Positions 1-14,099 of a DNA stretch of 64,000 nt are shown here, in pieces (position 1 is the first letter of the stretch; each line of letters opens with the position of its first letter). The translations under genes and the position numbers were made by a program. Where the stretch lies: NCBI RefSeq assembly GCF_006345805.1, contig NC_042999.1, positions 174,034,001 through 174,098,000 of the forward strand, written 5' to 3'. Source of the stretch: Octopus sinensis. Its lineage: Eukaryota. The notes beneath the pieces were generated by a model. That model made no database searches. It was given only the letters and a program-made list of their open reading frames with translations, and was not told the DNA's origin.

Positions 1-84
1 TGTGTGTGTGTGTGCGTGTGTGTGAGTGTGCGTGGTGTGTGTGTGAGGGTGCGTGTGTGTGTGTGTGCGTGTGCGTTAGTGTGT

Positions 85-630
85 GACAGGAAAGTTTTTT
101 AGGACGAATATAAGACCTAACGTATATCCAAGTAGCAGAAAGATCGCCCAAAAGTGTATATAGATATTTAAATGTATTTGTGTGTGTGTGTGTGCGTGTG
201 TGTGAGTGTGTGTGTGCGTGTGTGTGTGTGTGAGGGTTCGCGTGTGTGTGTGTGTGTGTGCGTGAGTGTGTGACAGGAAAGTTTTTTAGGACGAATATAA
301 GATCTAAAGTTATCTCTAAGTAGCACAAAGATCGCCCAAAAGTGTATATAGATATATAAATGTATTTATATATTCATCTATGCACACATGTATGTATAAC
401 GTGTGTGTATATATTTCCATAGAGGTAACCATTCACTCCATACAAAGTTTTTTAGGACGAAAATAAGATCTAAAGTTATCTCTAAGAAACAGAAAGATCG
501 CCCAAAAGTGTATATAGATATTTAAATGTATTTATATATTCATCTATACACACATGTATGTATAATGTGCGTGTATATATTTCCATAGAGGTAACCATTC
601 AATCCATACAAAGTTTTTTAGGACGAAAAT
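85..630 (+). repeat. Tandem minisatellite, ~170-190 bp period, 3 copies plus a partial 4th, interleaved with (TG)n
   Basis: Motif aaagttttttaggacgaa..taaga..taa..tagcagaaagatcgcccaaaagtgtatatagatat recurs at ~90, ~278, ~450 and partially at ~610. Confidence 0.85.
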
Positions 631-631
631 A

Positions 632-1474
632 TTTATATATAAAAGAAAGGTTGTGTGTCTGTCTACTCCGATTTAGATTCCTAACTACTCCCACATTTTG
701 CGATGCAGTTTAACCAAAACCGGGTATCTTATAGTCGTGATTCATATCGAGCCCTTCTGGGTATTATCGCGCGTCTACGATGAGTCTATGATTTTACAAA
801 TAATTTACCATCATTTTTTTCCATTTTAATGCATATTTTTTTAATAAAGGGAAGTAACTCTCAAACTTCACACCAATATGCGTGCTCATATGCGACGTAA
901 TATCACATCAGCAGCATTTTCTCACACCCTCATTGCACTTGGCGAAGGCAAAATACCAGGGGATGAAAATGGTATTATTGCCATCGATTCCATTTGTACC
1001 ATTGTTAAGACGCCTTCTGATCTCAGAGATGCAGTGTTCCAAGATCTACAAGCTAATTATCAGAATATGGATTGAATTGGCCAAAAGGCTATACTGGCCC
1101 CAGGGAATAAAACTGTTCACCATATTAATGATGAAATGCTAAAACTCATTCCTGGGGAAGTCTATGTATATCAGTCTATCGATACAACTCCTGACCCAGA
1201 GGACGTCATCAACTATCCAATTGAGGTACTCAATTCCTTTGAGCACCCCGGACTACCACCACACATTCTCAAACTCAAAGTTCGTGCCCCTATAATGCTC
1301 ATCAGAAATTTGGTTCCCCAAAACAATGCAATGGCACACGTTTGATCGTTAAGTCCTTATCTCCCAGCGTAAACTTATATCAATATTTGCCTGAATAATC
1401 ATTATAATTCAGTGCAATCATTAACAGTACTTTCAAGTAATTCAGCCCCGAGCAACGCCGGGCAATTCTGCTAG
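632..1474 (+). mobile_element. Internally deleted Helitron
   Basis: 5' end resembles T(C>T)TATATATAAAAG at ~632. 3' end has a GC hairpin gccccgagcaacgccgggc (1445-1463) followed by CTAG (1471-1474) then T. A PIF1 helicase fragment lies inside. Confidence 0.8.
878..1345 (+). pseudogene. Helitron Rep/Hel PIF1-type helicase fragment (frameshifted)
   Basis: Peptides FSHTLIALGEGKIP..., ELAKRLYWPQGIK (degenerate AILAPKN), YQSIDT...NYPIEVLNSFEHPGLPPHILKLKVRAPIMLIRNL match the Helitron PIF1 region. Confidence 0.9.
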
Positions 1475-2095
1475 TATATATATATTTATATGTATGTGTG
1501 TGTGGGGGGGTTATGTACAGATATCGTTCCCAGCATGGCCGCGGCCTTCGGGCTAAAACATTTTAAAGGATTTTAAGGATTTATATAAATGCGCGTAAGT
1601 ATCTATAAATCAATGTCTATATGGATGTATGTATAACGAGTCAACCGTAAGACTAAAACACTGGACTAAGAAAATACTTAACACTGACACAGAAAAAGTC
1701 AAATACACAAGCAAAAGAAACCGTAATAGGAATGAGGCAAAACTTTCCTCTTTCAGAAAAAAAAAAACAATAAATCAATAGTCCATAAATAAATGAGAGA
1801 AACATAAAGGGAAATAGAATGATGGAAAAATATAGGCAAAAATGTCAACAGTCAGAACGAAAGAAATTTAATCAGAATGATGATGAGAATGATAACGTCA
1901 TGTGTAATTATCTGTAATGTTCTGAGAATTATTTCATTCTGTCGTAAGGATTTTCAGAATATTATTTTCTTTATTGTTATTCGTATTTCAGAAGACATTT
2001 CAAATTCATGTGCGTCAATATGATGTAGTAATGAAAACGGCTGTGTACATATAAATGTGTGCTTGTGTATATGCATGTGAGTGTGTGTGTGTATG

Positions 2096-2136
<41 letters not shown>

Positions 2137-2369
2137 ATGCGTGTAGTGTACTATTCCGTTAATTGTAAGGTCAACAAAAAAGTACTCTATCCAACGAGAG
2201 AGGTATAAACCCAGTAAGAACTAGAACGTTAAGACTAAAAAGTACTAAGACAGTAATAATTATAGAATTAGAAAAGCTACAAAACTACAGCAATGGGCAA
2301 ATAGCAACACTATCTTAGACTAGTTAAGGAGTATAAAGGACAGGTATATAGTTTGATACACACAGTATC

Positions 2370-2700
2370 ATATCAGATTTTTATCCCTCGATATCGAGTT
2401 TCTTGCTGAATAAGGCAATTGAGTTCGTCAGAAAACGTGTTGCTATAGGCCAACCAGAGATTGAGCACAAGAAACTCTCCTTTTTAGTAAGGTTTCAGAG
2501 AAGGTCAAAAGTTTCTGGAGCCGAAGAACTGTTGGATGTATTGATGGCTTCGTATGACAATGCTGACATATGTGATCTAGTAAGTCTTTTTAGATCAGAT
2601 ATCCTCAGATACCTGTGATATTATTTCTATACCGTGATGATGGATTATAACAGTGTTCTCCAACACTTATATATGTTGTGTATTTTGAGATAAAGTCTTT
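2370..2700 (+). pseudogene. Penelope-like element reverse transcriptase fragment
   Basis: FYPSISSFLLNKAIEFVRK...LLDVLMASYDNADICDLVSLF, then ctataccgtgatgatggatta = LYRDDGL (catalytic YxDD). Matches PLE RT motifs FYPSI, MGSYDGAEVCELVGL and YRDDGL. Confidence 0.8.
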
Positions 2701-2884
2701 AAAACTTTCGTGTAGAAACTGTCGTAAAATCATTAAAACAAATATTTCATTTCAAAAGCAGTGGATGGGGATAAAGACGATTTGTTGTGGTAGGTGACGA
2801 AGAGGAGAGTAAATATTCCAAAGACAGACTGGGAAATTCCAGTGATTCAGATCTATATGAAGACCTCTCTAGATCACATCTCTT

Positions 2885-3275
2885 TTTACTTGTTTCAGTT
2901 ATTTTGACTGCGGTCATGCTGGAGCACCGCCTTTAATCGAGCAGCTCGACCCCGGGACTTATTCTTTGTAAGCCCAGTACTTATTCTATCGGTCCCTTTT
3001 GCGGAACCGCTAAGTGAGGGGGACATAAACGCACCAGCATCGGTTGTCAAACAATGCTAGGGGGACAAACACAGACACACAAACATACACGCACATACAT
3101 ATATATATATACATATATACGACAAGCTTCTTTCAGTTTCCTTCTACCAAATCCACGCACAAGGCTTTGGTCGGCCCGAGGCTATAGTAGAAGACACTTG
3201 CCCAATGTGCCACGCAGTGGGACAGAACCTGGAACCATGTGGTTGGTAAACAAGCTACTTACCACACAGCCACTC
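2885..3275 (-). mobile_element. tRNA-derived CORE-type SINE (family 1) with internal CA/TA microsatellite
   Basis: Minus-strand head gagtggctgtgtggtaag...ggttc..tccc (A/B-box-like) and CORE-like cactgcgtggcacattgggcaagtg. Homologues at ~11740-12100, ~35270-35440 and 48790-51025. Confidence 0.8.
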
Positions 3276-3534
3276 ATGATGAATAGCATTTGAAGAAAAA
3301 ATTTTAAATGCGATCATACTTTCTTTTATTATTAATTTATAATACTTTATGAAATATGTAGACGTTAATGTGTAAAATTTTCAGTACGATGTCGTAAAGT
3401 CAAAGTATTAACCAACAATTAAATTACTTTCAACTAGCCTATATTTTAAATTTTATACCATATAAGTAGTGATCAGGCCAATATCTGTATATACAATATA
3501 GTACTATTAAGTACCATAAAACGAAGACGTCGAG

Positions 3535-3715
3535 TTGACAGGACCGTCAGCACGCCGGGCAGAATGCTTAACATTTCGTATGTCTGTACGTACTGAGTTC
3601 AAATTCCGCCGAGGACGACTTTACCGTTCATCCTTTCGGAGTCAATTAAATAAGTATCAGTTGAGTACTTGGGTCGATGTGATCGACTTTCCTTCACCAT
3701 CAAATAATAGAAAGG
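3535..3715 (+). mobile_element. tRNA-derived SINE (family 2)
   Basis: gagttcaaattccgccgagg B-box and the tcctttcgg...aagta.cagttgagtact.gggtcgat body shared with >10 copies in the window. Confidence 0.8.
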
Positions 3716-4012
3716 ATAATGTATCATAAAACTGTCAATGAATCTGTAGTATATGGTGTATATAACGACAGTTTCTCCCTGAAATCGGAATTACATCCAA
3801 CACTTTTCAATATGCAAATTGGGTATTATTTTTTATTTCCTATTCATTTTGTTTTTCTTTGTTACATCCATTAGATATAAATTATTATATTCATGAAACC
3901 ACATTCACCATTGTTGTCTTAAGTGGTTGCCTTAGTTCACTCCGGCCAGTGTTTACACATAATAACTCGGTTGACAGTATATACTGCCTGTTTAACAGTC
4001 AGTTGATACATG

Positions 4013-4195
4013 GCCTGTAAATATTGATTTCAAATTTTGGCACAGGGCCAGCAATTTCGGGAGAAGCGTGGGGGTCGATCGACCTTGGTAGAATTTGAAC
4101 TCATAACATAAAGATCGAAGAAATGCAGCTAAGCATTTCGCCCGGCGTACTGACGATTCTGCAGCTCGCCGCCTTACGTAGCCTGTAAATATTGA
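4013..4195 (-). mobile_element. Family 2 SINE with 15-bp target-site duplication
   Basis: gcctgtaaatattga at 4013-4027 and 4181-4195 flanks a minus-strand aaggcggcgagctg...gagttcaaattc head. Confidence 0.85.
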
Positions 4196-4219
4196 ACAGT
4201 GTGTGCGCTAGACTTAAAA

Positions 4220-4388
4220 CTAGTAGTAGTAGTAGTAGTAGTAGTTAGTAGTAGTAGTAGTGGAAGAAGAAGAAGAAGAAGAAGAAGAAGAAGAAGAAGA
4301 AGAAGAAGAAGAAGAAGAAGAAGAAGAAGAAGAAGAAGAAGAAGAAGAAGAAGAAGAAGAAGAAGAAGAAGAAGAAGAAGAAGAAGAG
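4220..4388. repeat. Compound microsatellite (AGT)n-(GAA)n
   Basis: Seen directly; source of the poly-E/R/S ORFs. Confidence 0.98.
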
Positions 4389-6039
4389 GACCGTGGCCTA
4401 TACAATAATAGCGTTCAGTACTTACTTTTGAAGTGCACTTTCTAATTTATTACAATACGGAAACATCTACTTTCTGGATTTTCATTTTGAAATTCACTCT
4501 GACGTTCTCATTTTCTACTGGGAAAGCTAGTGAAAGATGTTTTATAGACATTTGTATTCAAAAGATATGAGGTTTGTGGCAGTAAGTGTTGAGATAATTC
4601 AGAATGTTATTCTATTGAATAGAACATTTTTCTTTCCCTTATTTCTTTACCAATTTTGTGGTATGATATTTCAACATCATTCCTCTATGGTTTATATATA
4701 TATTTTACCTTAACATGTTCTCTCAACTCTTCATCGGCATCTTTACTATTCACGCTTTTCGATACAACGCTACATTGTGGATTTATATTCATCAATTGGC
4801 AAGTATGACCTGTTTTTGAAAAATGAATCATTAGTTCTCGAATAAAATGAATTGAAAAAAAATATAAAAATCTTGAAATAAACAAAGATAGAAACATTTC
4901 CAGAAATAAAAATCAAAACCAAAAAAAAAAAATTGCACCAATGATAATAGCGTCAGTCACGACGAGATAATCTTCATGATTGCATAGAGATATTTTTAAT
5001 CACTCTTCTTTAGAGAGATGTCTACAATTTTCAATTGGCAAAATCGTATCAATATAATAGAATGCTTCGATAATGTTACCGTTATTGTTTGTGTTTCAAA
5101 GAAGTTACTAAGAAAAACCAAAAACGAAAAAGAAAGAAAACAAAGAAATGGAAATTCTACCGGTGAAAGAGGATATAATTCCTAGACACCTTTTACAACG
5201 AACGATGTCGAAATCAATAGCAATATTTTAACTTTATAATAGCTACACTGTTATATATAAGGTACCTGGAGGAAACTACTTAAAACTATGAAAACACAAG
5301 AAAGACAATATAAAATATCACCATGTAATATCAATGTTATTTCTTGATATAATCTAGTGCAGATCAATAATTCTGAAGAGTTTCTCACACTGCAAGTAAA
5401 TTTTAATAATTATTTTGATTCATTTAACATTTATATGTTGGTCTGTTGTTATTCTTGTTCTCATCGAGTGTAGTAGTTTCACAGGTTCATTAAGAACGTC
5501 AGACAAAACGCGTTAGTATTTTATTACGATTGTATACTTTCTGATTTCAGTTCCTGCCCAGTGAAAGTTTACCTTTCAGGGTCGATATAATAAACTACTA
5601 GTGAAGTTCTGGGTATAATATAATCGATAATTACCTCTCACTTTTGCTTATATTAGAAATAATTATTGTTGTTGTTTAGCTCCGGGTGAAACATTATCGA
5701 TCTTATCCGGTCGGAATTCATCCACCTTCCTACTGTGAGTGTTTGTCAAACAGTGTATCTAGAACTACATTATTCAACATTTCCTTCATGTCTGAAAAGA
5801 ATAGGGCGTGATTGAGAAAAGTGTGGTGGCTATCATATTGTTATCATATAGAAACTCTCACTTTGGCTCATGAGGCTTCAATACAGTAAGTGCCATTAAT
5901 ATATGGGCATCCGCTGTGCTGTCTTTATCATAGAAATGATCTTACGCAAGAAATTAATTAGCAGAATTAGCAGAAACAGACTTCCGAAATGATTACCTTG
6001 TTATGGTTAATCCAGGATAAATTGGAGTTTATTTAAATG

Positions 6040-6310
6040 GACGGCTACCACTCTGAACCACACAAATAACATTCTATCCCTATCACTTCTAACACTACAA
6101 AAGTTCAGTAGACAATGCTCTTCTCAATAATGTTGAAATTCTTAGTAACCATTTGTACCGATTTAGTAAAATCAAATCTGTTGGAGATATACTGCTCTGT
6201 CACTCACCAATGGACTCTTTCCTCAAGAAGATTGATGAAAGAGTGCTAGTCCTTGACGTCAGTAATGCTTTCCAAAGTGTCTGTCACACGTCTCTTGACA
6301 AGTGTCCTGG
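6040..6310 (+). pseudogene. CR1/L2-like LINE RT fragment, decayed
   Basis: PITSNTTKV (degenerate RPISLTS) and KSVGDILLCHSPMDSFLKKIDERVLVLDVSNAFQSVCH (LDISKAFDRVWH motif). Confidence 0.65.
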
Positions 6311-6660
6311 AAAATCTTTCTACTTATGACCCATGTGTTATCAACTCTGATGTGAATTATATGTATATTGTAAGGGCGTCAGCTAAATCATTTATGTAAA
6401 TTGATTTCAACGAGTGTTTGGAGTTTCGTCTCTATTTGATCAATGTTATTTTCTTATGAAAGTGTGAGATTTGTTTTTACTTTTCTTATTCATACTAGAT
6501 TTATTATTCTAATAAGATTATTCAGCACACATTTCCTCATAAAAAATAGTCAACCAGTGAAAAAGTAGAAAAATAACACCAAGTAAGCAAACTATCAAAC
6601 CAACGAACGAAAATAATCATTAGAACAAATATCGACGAATATAAAATGCCACCAAAACAG

Positions 6661-6731
6661 AGATAACCAGTTCTCGCCTGAAGATCGCAGAGTCATGAAA
6701 CTGGAGTAGCGAGATAAAAACTCAGTTATCT
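6661..6731 (+). ncRNA. Type I hammerhead-like motif, short stem II, decayed
   Basis: CTGAAGA 6678-6684, GAAAC 6697-6701, GTA triplet 6706-6708. Stem I ctcgc/gcgag is extended by agtt/aact and agataac/gttatct. Stem II does not pair in this copy. Confidence 0.5.
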
Positions 6732-8682
6732 TTATATTCTGCAGAATGTACAGAGCATTCATCTCTCATTGGTTCGAAACCATTCAACGTGAGCTAAGAT
6801 GTGCTTGTCAGTGTATGCATGATTGCGTGTTTGTGTGTGAGTGTGTGAGCGCGTGCGTGCTGGTGTGTCTGTTGATTCACGAGAAGCGATAAATTACTCA
6901 ATAGAAGTGTAGAGTAATTTTTAATATGTCATAACTGAAATGCTCCGATTGGATAGCAAGAAAACACACGTTGGTTCCTTATGCGTTGCATAATCGGTGA
7001 AGATACGAAAGAGAGTGTGACTGTATATACTGCTTCTGATTTATAATGAATAGACATACAAAAATGAGAAAATATTGTAATGATATTGTAATATTGAAAC
7101 ACTGTGTGTAAGAGTTTTATGAAGGAATTCTATGAGAGACATTTTTGGATAGCTAGGATTTTTCAGGGCAAAATTTCATTTTGCATTGCCTTAATATTTG
7201 CAAATGCATCGATATTATATCCACTGAAAGCAAAGGAAAGACTATAAGTTAAAGTGGGATAGAAAAAAAAATTTTTTCAATGAAGCCACATCCTAGAGTA
7301 TGAAAAAGAGTTTTATGCATCATTTCCTATTTTTCAGGCAAGTATATTAATCTGCACATGTAATTGCACATTATATATAGATATATATATATATATATAC
7401 ATAGACACTTTCATGCTTATGCACCTGTGCATACACAAGCATAGACATTACCATTTTATACAGGCTCACTCTTCATACATGCGTACACGCACTTGCTCAC
7501 ACACTTCTTCATTCATTCATAATCACACTTATGCACAGACAGAGACGTGACCGTATTTACATGAACGGTCACGCACATAAGTGTACGAAGATATGTTGTT
7601 ATGCATTTGCACCCTAAAATGGGTTCTTTTCTTAGTAGCAACTATTCAAACGAAAAGTTATGGTAAAAAAAATCAATAATAATAACAGTAAATGGTAATA
7701 AATACATAACGTGATAAAAAGGAATCATGAGAAAAATCGATACAAAGGTACGTTATGGTGCTATATATGAGAAAAAGACTAAAAGGACATGATTCTTTAA
7801 ACATGTTTTTTGAAAAGCTAACAAAATTGATGTAAAAGCTGTATTGAGTAAGAACAAATGGATTGATGCATACTGGGGGAGTTCTAATTGACCAAAAAGT
7901 ACTGTGGCCCGTTATTAAAGTAATCTGAGAATCATAAAATAAGCATTTTCCTTTATAGACTGTGTCGTAGAATGGACCAGGTAATATTTAACGTTTGATC
8001 AATCATCTCTCTGAGAAAGCAATTATACTTTAATAAGTCAGTTGCAAAGTGTTTTTCAGGTTAAGTAAACGGTTATTTTTGGTGGTAAAATCGTGTTTTC
8101 AAGTTAATTTCTGTTACATAATGTATTACTTCAGCAAAAATTGTGACTCAAGAGCATTTTAATGCAGTAAACCACGAACCTCAAAATACATTTTCCATGC
8201 AATCTTCAATGCAAGTGTATTACGAATCAACAGAAACTACCTTTATCATAGTTAATTTCTCATACATTCCTTTAAACTTTGATAATTTAGTTGTTAACAT
8301 AATCTTGACGAAATTTGCTTATATGAATAAGGGTTCTAACTACTTCCATAGTAGCGTTCAAAATGTGGTCCTCGATATTAGCAAGCGTATATATATATAT
8401 ATATATAAACACAAGGGCAAACAATTCGCGAAAAAATATAATTCTCGAAAATTAATTTGCTAAGATATTAATTTTGTTATCTGGAATGACTATTTTAAGG
8501 TGATTTTATTTATTTATTTTGCAAGTACAGAAAGCAGTCCACGTGAGTCCTTATACTTAAATGTATATTATGAGATTTTATTAACCTGATCTGCGTTGGT
8601 TGAGCTTTGACTGTTATTTCCAGCAGCCAGACATACTTAATATATACTTAATGTCCTTTGATTAATTTTAATTTTAATCCCT

Positions 8683-9650
<968 letters not shown>

Positions 9651-9677
9651 ATATATATATATATATATATATATATA

Positions 9678-9906
9678 CAAAAAATTCAGGGTGAATACTT
9701 GATAACTGTAGGCACCTGTATATGCCAGTTAGTGGTGTAGATGATAGGGTATATTTATCAAAAGAAAAACAGGATGCAAAGGATTTAGCGGCTGAGGAAT
9801 GCTATTGACATACATGTTACATCAATTATGCATTGATATAAACTGTCCAATAAAGCCAGAAACATATGTGCCGCTAAATCCTTTGCATCCTGTTTTTCTT
9901 TTGATA
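9678..9906 (+). mobile_element. pLTR-like fragment with a hammerhead and a 37-bp perfect fold-back, flanked by (TA)n
   Basis: Inverted arms at 9756-9792 and 9870-9906; TA arrays on both sides. Confidence 0.7.
9781..9880 (+). ncRNA. Type I hammerhead motif, long stem II, non-cleavable G17
   Basis: ggatttagcgg-CTGAGGA(9792-9798), 60-nt hairpin (gct/agc, attg/caat, gaca/tgtc, atcaat/attgat), GAAAC-atat-GT-G-ccgctaaatcc. Confidence 0.75.
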
Positions 9907-9909
9907 TAT

Positions 9910-9946
<37 letters not shown>

Positions 9947-9949
9947 TGC

Positions 9950-10720
9950 CTGCAAGTGAAGCCATATTCGAAATGCATACCAGTAAAACGCAACCCTAAA
10001 GTACCGTATTTTCAGAGAAAAATATACTGTACAACACATTAGAAAAGATACAGTATAAAAACCGTAAAGCAGAAAAACCAGAATTTTAAAGTATAACTCT
10101 GTCTTCCAAAATCTATAGAAACTAACTTAACAAGGGTATTGCTTGATTTCAAAGTGAATCCCAAGTATTATAGGGACTTCATTAAACCAGAAACTTCTTT
10201 AAAGTTAGCTACTTTGTACACAAAGACATCACAATTTTTTTGAAATACCACTACGCAAAAACGGTTGTTACCAACAATTAAATATCAGTACTCAACTCCT
10301 GCACCTACCGATAAATGCGCTGATATTGGTAACTGCTTACTCGATAACAATTTTTTGGCTAAGTCTGTAGTTTAATTAAGCGCGCTAAAGTGCATTTGAA
10401 CGATAAATCTCTACTAACTAACCGAAGATGGCTTTAAAAACGCCAGCACAGACATTCTCTCTTAAACCCTCAACAACGTTTTGCATTGCTTTTTTAAAGT
10501 ATATTTGCCTTCTTAGAGAGATTATTGATAACACAATCAAACTTATTTGGTCCTTTCGATACTAACTGCGACTACATTGTCATAGAAGCTTTGCAAATGA
10601 GCTCCGTTGCAATCAGTGTCTATCTAAGGAAATACTTATCTTAAAACAAGGTTCCACTGACTATTAGCAAGCAACAAAATACCTTCTGACTAATTTAAAC
10701 TGTCTTGATTCGCATGAAAA
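9950..10720 (+). pseudogene. Penelope-like ORF 3' part (thumb/linker plus GIY-YIG endonuclease), heavily decayed
   Basis: Frames give RNFFKVSY...KYHYAK, GNCLLDNNFLAKSVV (cf. CPLDGNCLxxSVVY), TEDGF...HRHSL and RCNQCLSKEILIL (cf. RCNLCLxEKLxIL). Confidence 0.7.
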
Positions 10721-11595
10721 TCTTTGATTTTCACTGGAAACATGTAAAGTAATAGATTTATTTTGTTAACTTACCTGATGCTCTTTTATTGTTTTTCTTT
10801 ACGAAATTCGATTGCCTTCATATATTCACCTTCAAAATATCTTCTTGTGCTCTACCCATTGCCCTCTATTTTTTATCATCACTTTATATTTAACGCTTTT
10901 CAAATCGCTTTCTAATTTTTATTTTTGTCGTCAATTCATATCGAACGGGTGTTTGTAAGAACGAACACATTTTCTTGTTCACTTGCATGACTAAATAGGC
11001 AATTGTAGGTTGCATGTAAATATGTAAATATGTATATTTATGCATATATAATTATGGACATGAATATATGCAAATACATGTACAAATACGTATGAGTAAG
11101 ATATATATTCATAAAGGTATATACATGTGTGGCGTGTATGGTTATGAATGCATATATATGTGTATATTTTACGAAAAAAAATATGAATTTATGTACAAAA
11201 ATGTATTATATCAATGTGCACATTACGTGGAGAATAGGTGCCAGCAAATACGAGTCTACATAATTTTTTCAAGCATTTCTATGTGTGAATTTGTGTATGT
11301 GAATGTACCACAGGTGTGACGGCGTGTGTTTGTCTTGTTGCAAGTATGGGAGGCAAAACAGCACATGTATATGTGTATACAAATATATGTGTGCATGTGT
11401 ATGTGTGTGTGTGCGTGTGTGTGTATGTATGCATGTATGTGCGTGTGTGTGTGCGTAGGTGTGCATATATGTATGAATATATATTGGAATTTAAAATGCA
11501 TAGAAGAATATACGTGCGAATGACAGCAGGAAATTCAGATATTAATATTAATCTATATATATGAAATTATATATCAGTGTGTATAGATGCGTGCG

Positions 11596-11613
11596 TATAT
11601 AAGGATGGATGGG

Positions 11614-11697
<84 letters not shown>

Positions 11698-11714
11698 CAG
11701 ATAGATAGATAGAT
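11596..11714. repeat. (GATA)n microsatellite
   Basis: Seen directly; similar arrays at ~51034-51121 and ~53682-53789. Confidence 0.97.
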
Positions 11715-11739
11715 TTTTTCTTGTTTCAGAAAATATACT

Positions 11740-12100
11740 GCAGCTATGCAGGGGCATCCCCTTAAAGAATTTTAGTCGAACAGATCGAACCCAGTACTTA
11801 ATTTTTTAAGCCTGGTACATATTCTATCGGAATCTTTTGCCTAGCCGCCACTTACGGAGACGTAAACACATCAACAGCGGTTGTCAAGCGGTGATGGGGG
11901 ACAAACAGACACAAGGACACACGTATATGTATATATGTATACGAATAGTTTCTGACAGTTCCCGTCTACCAAATCCATTCGCATAGCTTTGGTCGACCCG
12001 AGCCTATAGTAGAAGACAGTTACCCAAGATACCATGCAGTAGGAAGTTGAAACCAAGTGGTTGGGAAGCAAATTTCTTAACACACAGCAATGCCTGCGCA
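11740..12100 (-). mobile_element. Family 1 CORE-type SINE, diverged
   Basis: Colinear with 2885-3275 (cgtctaccaaatcca..., cctatagtagaagac...). Confidence 0.75.
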
Positions 12101-12107
12101 TGTATAA

Positions 12108-12148
<41 letters not shown>

Positions 12149-14099
12149 CTTATGTATGTACATTTCATTTATATTAACGTTTGTTTTTATGCTAAGTTAT
12201 AATAACAATTTTACGTTAAGCTGAAGGATTACTCAATAATTTTTCTAGAGTACAAAATTACTATTCTTTAAGAAGAATATTATCAACTGTAACTTCCACG
12301 TTTCGGCCTGCTAGGTCATCATGGGTCAGTTCGATGGGTTTCGTTCTTTGGCATTGGGTATGTTTTAATTCCTTAATCAGTGTTTAGAAATATACAGTGC
12401 ATATGTATAGTGAGGTAAATTGATGTAAGATCTGAAGAGGCAAATAAAATTACAATAAGTAACTTCAAAGATATGGACTAACTCACATAAGATTTATTTA
12501 AATGAAGTTATACATTCATCGTAAACATTTGTTTTAAAAGGTTTTTAAAATCTGTTTCTACTTTGTATTGTGGCATTTCACACGCCATCTCAAAACTCAC
12601 ACCTACATTTCACATTTTTATAGCATAACAAAGTGAAAGTGGTAATTTCAGTTCCATAGAAAATATTTGAATTAAAAAAAAAATTAATAGTCTTTTTTTC
12701 TTTCAGATTCAATTCTGCTCTACAACGAGACAAAAATGATTTTAAATACTTTTTGACAATAACTTTCATCGAATCAAAATATACTTTTAATGGTATTGTA
12801 GTAAACATTTGAAAAGGTCTTTCACTTTAGCTAAACTACTATTTTATTTAATACTTTAGTGAACATGTTTATTCGCTGCCATTAATGTTAGTGTATAAAC
12901 AAATGGATTTACGAAGCTATGTTTATGAGAAAATGGCGACAGGTGAGCGAAAAACAAACTGAATGGAAACAATAATATGATGGAGGAGAATATGTATAAA
13001 ATAGATCAAGTCAGGACCTAGATAATAAATATTTTGGTGTACTTTTTCCGCACAGGGATATTCGTGAGCGTGTAAATAGGTGTATAGTTTGAGAAGAAAA
13101 TCTAATTATTAGATAGGTCTCTAAATCCGACTCCAATAAAAAGCGTGTTTGTTGCATGCCTTGTGGACCCAGTTCACACAATCCTATTATATTCGGCCGA
13201 TTGAACTACAACAATATAAAATTACCTTGTTGCTTTACAATTGATACCTTTATTACATGAAACAGGGTCTTAGAAACTCTACCCTTTAACTGATATATAA
13301 TAACGATATCAACAAAATGTATCAGTTTAATGATGTAAGTTGCTGCAGCCTATGAGGGTTCTTTTATTTTATGAACTCCTTCACATACAGATATTCTAAT
13401 TATGCAACACGGAAAACATTTTTAAAGTATTCTTTCGCTAAGATAAACATATCATTCAATCATGGACAGAAAATGGTTTCAAGTTGTTGACTCAGTATTA
13501 CTATAGACAAAGATATAGTAGCACCAAGATTTTCAGATTGTCCTTGCACCAACCTTCACCTTCAGCACGCAAATCTTAGTCAGCCTGGATTGAGTGTGGG
13601 TTGGGGGTAATCCCTTTGTTTCGTTAAGATAACAATGATTTCAGTGGACTAGGATTGTATAGGCAGCTATCGAAAATGATACATTCATGTTAGTGGCCGA
13701 CCAAAATCCGATCGAAGAGGGCAGCCGCAATTCTCCATGTGTCCCATCTTTAGTACCCGTAGAAAGTTAAACAGAAATTCTGAAAATGAGCCGATAAATG
13801 AGGAGCGTGTAAAAAACTCACAAATGTACTAACACATTTCCTGCTATCTAATAGGTACCAAATAGATTTTCAGAATGCATTTATGTAAATGGAGCTCACT
13901 GAATATATAATACGGATCGTACACCTGATACAGTGCCTCCATGTACACAAATACAGAATGTTATTTTCTAATAATAATACTATTCTCTGGCCCAGCGCAG
14001 AAAAATAGTGCTAGATGTTTACAATTAAAACTTGTTGGTTACAAGATCACAAATTTGGTATCTGCTAGATAGAAGACATAGACTAACACAATTACTGGA

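Noticed and set aside
2375-2440. Minus-strand CTGACGA...GAAACTCGATATCGAG hammerhead look-alike
   Set aside because: Stem I and U16.1 are missing, and the region is explained as PLE RT coding sequence on the plus strand.
7545-7572. Hairpin cgtgaccgt/acggtcacg as a Helitron 3' end
   Set aside because: No CTRR terminus follows.
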